From NCBI GenBank assembly GCA_001695645.1, contig LVZN01000078.1, positions 1 to 32,000 on the forward strand: a stretch of 32,000 bases of DNA, given 5' to 3'. This DNA is from Erysipelotrichaceae bacterium MTC7. Lineage in GTDB: Bacteria > Bacillota_I > Bacilli_A > Erysipelotrichales > Erysipelotrichaceae. This document shows positions 15,662 to 23,246 of the stretch, one piece after another (the stretch's first letter is position 1; every line of letters begins with the position of its first letter). A model generated the notes under the pieces. The model ran no database searches. It saw only the letters and a program-made list of their open reading frames with translations, and was not told the DNA's origin. Made by a program: the position numbers and the translations under genes.

Positions 15662-17002
15662 ATGGCAAAAAAAAGTGAGCTAGAGATTTTGGCTAAACTT
15701 AAATTAAAGCAGCCAAAAGGACTAAAGAAGTTTATCTATCATGAAACGGATTATCAAAAAATAAGTTTAGATAGGCGTTGTTATAGGCGTTATGGATATG
15801 TAGAAGTGATAGAAAAATGGAGAGGTAAATTACTGTTAAGGGTATTCGCATATAAAAACTATTCACAAAAAGAGAAAAGGACCTACAAAAATATCATGAT
15901 CCAAGAAGTAAACCGAAAGCTTCAAGGTTATAAATCATTTTTAGCAGGAAATATGTCTGCCAACATGAGTGGACGAACAATTTATTTTGAAGATGAATTG
16001 TACTTTGGAGAAGTGAAAAACTCATGGGAATGTTATGGTTACGAAATGTATGATAAAGAATCAATTATACAAGATTTGAATATTCCTTACTGCTCATATG
16101 ATTTGTATCAAAAACACTTAACTACTGAAATCAAAGAATATTGGACAAATAAATATAAGCATAGCATCCGATTTTTTGATTACATATGTTTGTATTTGGA
16201 AGAACCAAAAATTGAGTTGCTTGTAAAAGCAGAGCTTGATCACTTTATAACATCGATTAGATATTTAGATCTAAGTCAAAAAAGTTTATCGAAAATATTT
16301 AAAGTTGATGCTAAATGGATTCCTTTTTTACATGAAATCGATATAAACGATTTACTCGTGATAAGAAAAATGAAGGATTTAAGAAACCTTGATGATTTAC
16401 AATCGCTTAAAACTTTCAATGATTATGATTTTATAAAGAAATATTGGAAATTTCCACAAACATTTGATTATTTTTCTGATACTGGAAACGGATCTAAAAG
16501 AAACCGGTTATTTTCTAATGTTTCTATTTACAATGATTATTTAAGATTTGCGGAAGAACTAGGCATTGATTTGCATAGAAATAAAAATCTATTTCCTGAA
16601 AATTTGATAAAAGAGCACAACCACTTAGAAAAACTAATTAATAGAAAGAAGAGTGAAAAGAGTCAAAAAGCCTTCACTAAATTTTTTGCTAAACATAAAA
16701 AACATATTTTTAAAAACAATGAATATGTTATTAGGCCAGTTAAAAGTGAAGAAGAATTAATTGTAGAAAGTAAAGTGTTAAGTCATTGTGTGCGTACTTA
16801 TGCCAAGCAGGTTGCTGATGGGGAAACAGAAATCTTATTTGTACGAAAAGTAAGTAGTATAAACGTTCCGTTTGTAACTGTGGAAGTTAGAAACAAGAAA
16901 ATAATTCAAGTACGTGCAAAATATAATGGTTCACCACCTGATGGTGTTAAAGAATTTTTAAAAGACTGGAGTAGAAAGAACAAGATTCAATGTTCTTATT
17001 AG
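15662..17002 (+). CDS. PcfJ-like protein
   Basis: C-terminal LSHCVRTYAKQVADGETEILFVRK....PFVTVEV...IIQVRAKYN resembles the PcfJ domain. Paired with the PcfK-like gene, as in pCF10-type elements. Confidence 0.55.
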   Translation: MAKKSELEILAKLKLKQPKGLKKFIYHETDYQKISLDRRCYRRYGYVEVIEKWRGKLLLRVFAYKNYSQKEKRTYKNIMIQEVNRKLQGYKSFLAGNMSANMSGRTIYFEDELYFGEVKNSWECYGYEMYDKESIIQDLNIPYCSYDLYQKHLTTEIKEYWTNKYKHSIRFFDYICLYLEEPKIELLVKAELDHFITSIRYLDLSQKSLSKIFKVDAKWIPFLHEIDINDLLVIRKMKDLRNLDDLQSLKTFNDYDFIKKYWKFPQTFDYFSDTGNGSKRNRLFSNVSIYNDYLRFAEELGIDLHRNKNLFPENLIKEHNHLEKLINRKKSEKSQKAFTKFFAKHKKHIFKNNEYVIRPVKSEEELIVESKVLSHCVRTYAKQVADGETEILFVRKVSSINVPFVTVEVRNKKIIQVRAKYNGSPPDGVKEFLKDWSRKNKIQCSY

Positions 17003-17064
17003 CGACCGAATATGTTTGCTATTCATAAAAGCAAACAAAATTGGTTGCACTTACTGGAGGGTAC

Positions 17065-19338
17065 ATGCAAGAGTATGAAAACGATTTATTAGAAATATTA
17101 GAGAGTGTTGATCCATCCACTCTCAATTACCAAGAATGGACGAATATAGGGATGGCCCTCAAGCATGAAGGCTATACCGCGATGGATTGGGACCAATGGA
17201 GCAGTAAAGATTCCAGTAGATACCATGCTGGTGAATGTTTCAAGAAGTGGGATACTTTTCAAGGAACAGGAACACCAGTTACTGGAGGCACCATTGTTCA
17301 ATATGCAAAAGAGAATGGATGGACACCACCATATAGAAGTGGTGGTCCTGATTATGAATTGGATTGGGATTCTACAATTAACGCTAAAGATGAATTAGTA
17401 GTTGTGGATCCTGCGTGGGTTGAAGGTAAGGAAATAAAAGAACCTAAGTACTGGAAACCGGTTAAGGATTTGATTACTTACTTATCAACTTTATATGAGT
17501 CTACTGACAATGTTGGTTATGTCACAACTTCCTATCAAAATGATGCAGGAAAGTACGTACCGACAAAAGGGAATTACGATCGTACAGCTGGAGAATTAAT
17601 TGAACAATTAAACAAATGCAATGAAGATATTGGAGCTGTATTGGGTGATTATCAAGAAGAAGTAGGTGCTTGGATTCGATTCAATCCGTTAGACGGTAAT
17701 GGAATCAAGAACGACAACGTTAGTGAGTATCGATATGCATTAGTAGAATCTGATGCAATGGAATTAGAGAAACAATATGCAATTATTACCGAATTAGAAT
17801 TACCTGTCGCATGTTTGGTCCATAGTGGAAAGAAATCAATACATGCAATCGTTAAAGTGCATGCTGCAAATTACGATGAGTATAGAAAGCGTGTTAATTA
17901 CCTTTACGATGTTTGTAAAAAGAATGGATTAAAGGTAGATGAACAGAACAAAAATCCAAGTCGATTGTCTCGTATGCCTGGAGTTACTCGTAATGGTCAC
18001 AAACAATTTCTTATTGCAACTAACATAGGAAAAGAAAGTTGGCAAGAATGGCAAGAGTGGATTGAAGCGGTGAATGATGATTTGCCTGAACCTGAAGCAA
18101 TTGAAGATATTTGGGAAAATCTTCCTGATTTATCTCCAGTATTAATCGATGGAATCCTTAGACAAGGACATAAGTTGCTTATGGCTGGACCAAGTAAGGC
18201 AGGGAAGTCATTTGCACTTATTGAGTTGTGCATTGCAATCGTTGAAGGACAAAAGTGGCTTGGTTTCCAATGTACACAAGGGCGTGTGCTGTATGTCAAT
18301 TTAGAGCTTGATCGAGCGTCATTGTTGCATCGTATTAAAGATGTGTACACTGCATTAGGAATACAGCCTAGCAATCTTAAAAACCTTGATGTATGGAACC
18401 TTAGAGGTAAATCAGTACCGATGGACCAACTTGCTCCTAAACTCATTAGAAGAGCTCAAAAGAAGAACTATATTGCAATTGTGATTGACCCTATTTATAA
18501 GATCCTAACTGGTGATGAAAACAGCGCAGATCAAATGGCACACTTCACCAATCAATTCGATAAGGTATGTACAGAATTAGGCAGTGCAGTTATCTATTGT
18601 CACCACCATAGTAAAGGTGGACAAGGTAATAAACGTTCAATGGACCGTGCTTCAGGAAGTGGAGTATTTGCTCGTGATCCTGATGCATTGCTTGACTTGG
18701 TTGAGTTGGAATTACCAAACACATTAGTTGGCCAATTACAAAATGAAGAACTACGTAAATATTATGGAAAGGTTCTTAACGATAAGGCTTCAGAATATGC
18801 ATCTAGTTCAGTAGAAAATGATGACTATATGAATTATAGGAAGCTGTATGATCATCTGCAGATGGTACTAAATGCGAACAGCTTGGCCGAAGTGGATAGA
18901 CAAACTGAATTAATTAAAGAGAAGGTAAACGGACGTACAGGATGGAGAATCGAAGGAACTCTCAGAGAGTTCGCTAGGTTCAAACCGCTCAACTTATGGT
19001 TCGATTACCCAATACATTCAATTGATACAATTGGCCACCTTAAGGATATAGATCCTGAGGGTGCATACCCATATAAACAGAAAGAGAAGCGTAAAGATAA
19101 AGCTGAGAAAGAAAAAGAGAAAGCAGTTAATAATTTTGTAGTAGAATATGAAAATTTGGCATTTAATGGCGAAGAAGTTTCAGCTAATGACTTAAGTGAG
19201 TCTCTGGATGTGAATCAAAAAACACTATTAGCGTGGCTTGGTAAAGGTCAAAAGCAAAAGAAGCAATTAGCAGACATGTACGAGAAATATATGGGAGAAG
19301 ATGGTAGGAGTTATATACGAAAAAAAGAAAAAAAATAG
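17065..19338 (+). CDS. Primase-helicase: PriCT-like N-terminus, AEP primase-polymerase core, AAA_25/RepA-like ATPase
   Basis: YQEWTNIGMALKHEGYTAMDWDQWS (PriCT-like). VHSGKKSIHAIVKV (AEP-type SGxxxH). AGPSKAGKSFALIELC Walker A and AIVIDPIYK Walker B. GGAGG RBS precedes the ATG at 17065. Confidence 0.85.
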   Translation: MQEYENDLLEILESVDPSTLNYQEWTNIGMALKHEGYTAMDWDQWSSKDSSRYHAGECFKKWDTFQGTGTPVTGGTIVQYAKENGWTPPYRSGGPDYELDWDSTINAKDELVVVDPAWVEGKEIKEPKYWKPVKDLITYLSTLYESTDNVGYVTTSYQNDAGKYVPTKGNYDRTAGELIEQLNKCNEDIGAVLGDYQEEVGAWIRFNPLDGNGIKNDNVSEYRYALVESDAMELEKQYAIITELELPVACLVHSGKKSIHAIVKVHAANYDEYRKRVNYLYDVCKKNGLKVDEQNKNPSRLSRMPGVTRNGHKQFLIATNIGKESWQEWQEWIEAVNDDLPEPEAIEDIWENLPDLSPVLIDGILRQGHKLLMAGPSKAGKSFALIELCIAIVEGQKWLGFQCTQGRVLYVNLELDRASLLHRIKDVYTALGIQPSNLKNLDVWNLRGKSVPMDQLAPKLIRRAQKKNYIAIVIDPIYKILTGDENSADQMAHFTNQFDKVCTELGSAVIYCHHHSKGGQGNKRSMDRASGSGVFARDPDALLDLVELELPNTLVGQLQNEELRKYYGKVLNDKASEYASSSVENDDYMNYRKLYDHLQMVLNANSLAEVDRQTELIKEKVNGRTGWRIEGTLREFARFKPLNLWFDYPIHSIDTIGHLKDIDPEGAYPYKQKEKRKDKAEKEKEKAVNNFVVEYENLAFNGEEVSANDLSESLDVNQKTLLAWLGKGQKQKKQLADMYEKYMGEDGRSYIRKKEKK

Positions 19339-19580
19339 GGTGCTCCAAATAAGAGAGAGCGCACCGGAGCACGGGTGCGATTACATATCAAAATATAGGT
19401 GGAGCACCTATGCGCTTTTATGTTCTTAGCGCACCGGAGCACGGGTGGTGCGCCGACCTATATATATACATATAAGTTGCTGACGCACCCACTCTCGTAG
19501 GTGTAGTAAGTCTAGCGTACGCTCTCGCTAGACGACTCACTACAACCGACGAAAAGAGAGTACCAACATGGAGCACCCAA
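19338..19580. repeat. GC-rich repeat and hairpin island (candidate ori iterons or structured RNA)
   Basis: 20-nt perfect direct repeat AGCGCACCGGAGCACGGGTG at 19358-19377 and 19428-19447. Five GGAGCAC copies and eight GCACC/GGTGC copies. Hairpin GTCTAGCG..CGCTAGAC at 19509-19532. Confidence 0.7.
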
Positions 19581-19598
19581 ATGAAGGAGAAAAATAAA

Positions 19599-19805
19599 AT
19601 GAAAAATTTTATAAAAGTAGAAATTGAAGAAGTTGATTTTAAAGAAATAGAGACGACTTATAAACTAATCAACTCATCGTGTGTAGTTGAATTAGACGAA
19701 GATTCAAAGACAATTATTGTTCTATACGGAAGTGACGTTGCAGTATACGGTTTGACCACAGAGTCTTTTGACAAGGTTTGGAAAACGTTACTCGGTGAAT
19801 GCTAA
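19599..19805 (+). CDS. Hypothetical phage protein
   Basis: GAAGGAG RBS 9 nt upstream of the ATG at 19599. Confidence 0.65.
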   Translation: MKNFIKVEIEEVDFKEIETTYKLINSSCVVELDEDSKTIIVLYGSDVAVYGLTTESFDKVWKTLLGEC

Positions 19806-20200
19806 TGAGAATCTATTTAGCCGGTCCTATTACAGGAACTGATGATTATGTGGAACGTTTCAAAGAAGTTGAAGAGTCGCTAACAAGTCCTGGTATAGAA
19901 GTTGTGAATCCAGTTACTGATCTGATACTAGATTATGAAGAGTACATCATTCGTGGATTGAAGATGCTAGCTGAATGTGATTGGATCTTTATGCTAGATG
20001 GTTGGGAAAATAGCAACGGAGCAAAACTAGAATACCAATATGCGAAAACAGTAGGAAAGAAGATTGTGTTTCAAGGTGATGACAACATGAATTTCTTTAT
20101 CGAAAAAAGTTTAGCAGGAATAACTGGCTTCTTTCAAAACTTAGCAAATGCAGTTGGTAGATCCTTTCCACTAGATTCACAGGAGTTAGATGATGAGTAG
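19805..20200 (+). CDS. DUF4406 (nucleoside 2-deoxyribosyltransferase-like) protein
   Basis: IYLAGPITG...F...E..L...G..V.NP and CDWIFMLDGWENSNGAKLEYQYA patterns. TAATG overlap start; an alternative ATG is at 19799. Confidence 0.7.
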   Translation: MRIYLAGPITGTDDYVERFKEVEESLTSPGIEVVNPVTDLILDYEEYIIRGLKMLAECDWIFMLDGWENSNGAKLEYQYAKTVGKKIVFQGDDNMNFFIEKSLAGITGFFQNLANAVGRSFPLDSQELDDE

Positions 20201-20594
20201 CATGAGCTTCTTTCTTCCGATGAAGAAAATCCCAACAGTAACACATCAGCAAAAGAAAGTGTCAGTCGTAAAAGGCAAACCAGTTTTCTATGAGGAAGAT
20301 GATTTGAAAGCTGCACGATCTAAATTCATGGCAATGCTTGGCCAAAAAGCTCCAAGCGATAAATTCAAAGGACCTATCCGGTTGACTACTTGGTGGTGTT
20401 TCCCTGTGACTAAGAATAAAAGCGATGGAGAGTACAAAGTCACTAAGCCCGATACAGACAACCTAGTAAAACTCTTTAAGGACTGTATGACTGCTGTGGG
20501 ATTTTGGAAGGATGATGCAGAAGTGGCTAGTGAAGTGATTGAAAAGTACCATGCTGACATCGTGGGTATTTGGGTGAAGGTAGAAGAGTTATGA
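20190..20594 (+). CDS. rusA: RusA-family Holliday junction resolvase
   Basis: KPDTDNLVKLFKDCMTAVGFWKDDAEV is the RusA catalytic-region pattern. Confidence 0.85.
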   Translation: MMSSMSFFLPMKKIPTVTHQQKKVSVVKGKPVFYEEDDLKAARSKFMAMLGQKAPSDKFKGPIRLTTWWCFPVTKNKSDGEYKVTKPDTDNLVKLFKDCMTAVGFWKDDAEVASEVIEKYHADIVGIWVKVEEL

Positions 20595-20815
20595 AGGTGA
20601 TTGTACTTGAGAAAGGTGATGGCCGAGCAAAGATCACACGCGTCATTAAGAATGGATTCCTGGTAACTAAGCGTAATGGTAGAGTTCAAGAAACTTACGA
20701 TATAAAAGGTCGTGAAGAAGCTACTGCTCAATCACTTATTAGCAAAGGTTATAAAGTTATAGAACATAATGAAAATGGAGTAGATGACCCTGTTATGCAG
20801 GGAAGTCTATTCTAG
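20591..20815 (+). CDS. Hypothetical phage protein
   Basis: ATGA overlap with the rusA stop. Confidence 0.6.
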   Translation: MKVIVLEKGDGRAKITRVIKNGFLVTKRNGRVQETYDIKGREEATAQSLISKGYKVIEHNENGVDDPVMQGSLF

Positions 20816-20865
20816 AAGATTTGGACAAATTAGACACCCTAAGGGTTTTGAAAGGAAAATAAATT

Positions 20866-21105
20866 ATGAATTATAAGTTAGTAAACATAGTAGGCGAAGA
20901 TGTTTTAGCAAAGTACGAGAAATTACTTGGTGAAGAATGTGAAATAGTTGGTTACTTCAATGTGGGAACCAGTATGAGCTTAATGTTTGAAGATGGAGTA
21001 CTACAAACTTCGCCTATCGAAGGTGTAGTAGAAGAACCTGAACAAATAATTATTCACACAAAGAACTCAATTTACACGTTAGGAAAGAATTTGGAGGAAA
21101 AATGA
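20866..21105 (+). CDS. Hypothetical phage protein
   Basis: ORF with GAAAGGAAA RBS. Confidence 0.6.
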   Translation: MNYKLVNIVGEDVLAKYEKLLGEECEIVGYFNVGTSMSLMFEDGVLQTSPIEGVVEEPEQIIIHTKNSIYTLGKNLEEK

Positions 21106-21230
21106 TGTTTACTATGTTTGATACATTGATTACATTTATATACACACTTGGTATTGTGTTTATTTCAACATTGATTATCATAATTGTTTATAGCGTGTAC
21201 AAATTTATCAAAACGGATTTGAAGAAGTAG
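21102..21230 (+). CDS. Small single-pass membrane protein, 42 aa
   Basis: Below the ORF-track cutoff. ATGATG overlaps the upstream TGA and GGAGG lies upstream. Hydrophobic core LITFIYTLGIVFISTLIIIIVYSV. Confidence 0.45.
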   Translation: MMFTMFDTLITFIYTLGIVFISTLIIIIVYSVYKFIKTDLKK

Positions 21231-21251
21231 GAAGGTAGGAAGAGGGGATAC

Positions 21252-21842
21252 ATGAACGAAATCGAACAACTAAAAAGAGATCTGCAAAGTTATGGCTATT
21301 ACAAGAAGTTATTAACAGAGTTGGATATACACATTTATAGCCTGAAGCAAAAGATAAAACGCGAGGAAAGCCCTCACGCAATTTCATACAGTGGCGAAAT
21401 AACAACGTACATATGCAATACATGTGGGCATATGGAATTAGTCCCTAGTGGGCTTAAAAACGTCGAATGTAGGAAATGTGATTCGACTATGATGATGTTG
21501 AAAGGTCAACAAGAATCAATAGCAAAAGCGAAACTAATCAAAGTGGATGCAGGGAAGAATGTTAGCAGCCTGATCATTACTCTAGCTTCATTGGAAAAAC
21601 TAAAAGAAGAATACAAAAAGGATATAGACAGGTTAGGTCTTGATAAAGGGCTCTCTATGCTTGAAGATGAGCAACGCATTATAATCGAAAAACATTACTT
21701 CGAAGGCATTTGTTATGAACATGTGGGGATGATGTTACATAAATCACGCAAAGCAGTTAGATATGCAAATCAAAAAGCACTCAAGGTTATTTACAACAAC
21801 TCGCAAAAAAGGGCCTACATGCCCTTCGATTTTGATGTATAA
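21252..21842 (+). CDS. Late-gene transcriptional regulator with sigma-70 region-4-like HTH (ArpU/RinA-like position) and an inserted CxxC..CxxC zinc ribbon
   Basis: C-terminal EDEQRIIIEKHYFEGICYEHVGMMLHKSRKAVRYANQKALKVI resembles region 4. CNTCGH...CRKCDS zinc ribbon. It is the last gene before the packaging module. Confidence 0.6.
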   Translation: MNEIEQLKRDLQSYGYYKKLLTELDIHIYSLKQKIKREESPHAISYSGEITTYICNTCGHMELVPSGLKNVECRKCDSTMMMLKGQQESIAKAKLIKVDAGKNVSSLIITLASLEKLKEEYKKDIDRLGLDKGLSMLEDEQRIIIEKHYFEGICYEHVGMMLHKSRKAVRYANQKALKVIYNNSQKRAYMPFDFDV

Positions 21843-21883
21843 TGGTCATAGGTCGCAAGTGTGACCAATCAAAACAAATAACT

Positions 21884-21911
21884 AGCACTCTATCATTAGA
21901 GTGCTTTTTTA
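21884..21911 (+). terminator. Terminator after the late regulator
   Basis: AGCACTCTA-tcat-TAGAGTGCT followed by T6. Confidence 0.8.
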
Positions 21912-22236
21912 ATGCAGATACCTGATGTTTCATCTCATCCCCTACACAAATTGAGATGATCCTTTTTGCATATTATGTTTCTCCTTACTTACATAAATAC
22001 ATTCATACTTTATTTGCTCGCATCAGGTATCGGCGTTAGAAAAATTGACATGGTGGACCTCCACTAAAGATAATTCCTCAACCAGCAAAAGAGTCTAGAA
22101 AATGAATGATAAATGGTCGAAAATGATAAGAAAAGTTTATAATAATACAAGAAAAGTTGAATTTTAATAAGAAAAAGTTTAATTATTTTGGGCTATTTTG
22201 TTGATTTGCCGGGGAGAACCATGGTAATATACGTGT

Positions 22237-22298
22237 GTAAAGAAACTGTACCGGTTTCTCGACAAAGTAAAAGACAGGATTGCCGTCCTGTCTTTTTT
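22237..22298 (+). ncRNA. Candidate ~60-nt small RNA (antisense regulator of the adjacent small ORF)
   Basis: Extended -10 promoter TTGATT (22201-22206), N18, TGgTAATAT (22222-22230). Stem-loop AGAAAC-tgtaccg-GTTTCT. Terminator at 22272-22298. No ORF. Confidence 0.45.
22268..22298. terminator. Bidirectional terminator shared by the convergent small RNA and small-ORF mRNA
   Basis: AGACAGGA (22272-22279) pairs with TCCTGTCT (22286-22293). An A-run precedes the stem and a T-run follows it. Confidence 0.75.
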
Positions 22299-22321
22299 AT
22301 GTATATTTGTCTTTTTGAAAC

Positions 22322-22471
22322 CTAGTTAATTAATCTCTTGTTAATAAGTAAAGCATTACCATAAAGATAATAACTTCGCTCATATAACTCCTGATTTAAT
22401 GTTGTACCGGTTTCTCGACAAATATACATGGTTGTTGGTGCAAAAGCACCGAGATAAATGTTTTTAAACAT
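22322..22471 (-). CDS. Small protein, 49 aa, unknown function (candidate type I toxin-like ORF)
   Basis: AAGGAGG RBS 6 nt upstream of the ATG at 22471. Extended -10 promoter TGaTATAAT at 22590-22582 (minus strand). The 65-aa track ORF was trimmed to the RBS-supported start. Confidence 0.5.
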   Translation of the reverse strand: MFKNIYLGAFAPTTMYICRETGTTLNQELYERSYYLYGNALLINKRLIN

Positions 22472-22784
22472 ATTATCCTCCTTCTTGTTTTTATTAAAGA
22501 GCCACAAGAAAGGAAACAAAAAATGGATAGGCTACACAATAACCTAGATCCTGAAGTGAAGAAATCTTCAAGAACAACTGTATTATATCATGCAATATAT
22601 GTCTTTTTTTGAGAAAAAACTGAAAACTTTTAGTTTTTTTTCATTTGTTTTCAAGATTTTTCCTGGATTTCAAAAAAAGACGATAAATAAAGGATTTTCA
22701 TCACTTTTTACCAATAAACACTAAAACGAAAAGCGGTTATCACACAATTTCACATAATTAACAAATTGAAAGGAGGTAGATACT

Positions 22785-23246
22785 ATGGCAAAGCAAAGTA
22801 AATGGGATACAAACGTAAAACCTAATCTAGAATTAATCGAAGCATGGGCTAGACGTGGAGCAATTGAAGCGGACATTGCTAAGAACCTAAACGTGGCACG
22901 GTCTACCTTCGAGAATTACAAACGTGATTATCCTGAATTAAGAGAAGCGTTACGAAACGGAAAAGAACCTGCTGATCTACAAGTAGAAGCTGCATTGTTT
23001 AAAAAAGCAGTTGGATACGAATATAAAGAAGTACGAAATGAAGTGACAGATGGTGGATGGAAAGAAGTTGTTACTACTAAACAGGTGGCACCTGACACTA
23101 CTGCACAAATCTTTTGGTTGAAGAATAGACGACCAGATTTATGGCGTGATAAACAAGATGTTGAGTTGAGTGGTGAAGTGAACAATCCATTCGAAGGACT
23201 TACTACAGAGGAGTTGAAGGCGCTTGCTAAAGAAGCAAATGATTAG
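22785..23246 (+). CDS. terS: Terminase small subunit
   Basis: N-terminal HTH (ADIAKNLNVARSTFENYKR) and TTAQIFWLKNRRPDLWRDKQ motif, typical of Firmicute phage TerS. Precedes TerL. Confidence 0.85.
   Translation: MAKQSKWDTNVKPNLELIEAWARRGAIEADIAKNLNVARSTFENYKRDYPELREALRNGKEPADLQVEAALFKKAVGYEYKEVRNEVTDGGWKEVVTTKQVAPDTTAQIFWLKNRRPDLWRDKQDVELSGEVNNPFEGLTTEELKALAKEAND

Noticed and set aside
19358-19447. CRISPR array
   Set aside because: Only two copies of the 20-nt repeat with a 50-nt interval, no cas genes and many other overlapping short motifs. It fits iterons or an RNA structure better.
22094-22159. 21-aa basic plus-strand ORF (MNDKWSKMIRKVYNNTRKVEF) downstream of the 22045 promoter
   Set aside because: No Shine-Dalgarno sequence and AT-rich chance composition. 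Mentioned only as context for the non-coding region.
22322-22519. 65-aa form of the small minus-strand ORF
   Set aside because: The upstream start has no RBS, whereas the ATG at 22471 has AAGGAGG 6 nt upstream. The extra residues would also lie in the predicted SD-sequestering leader hairpin.
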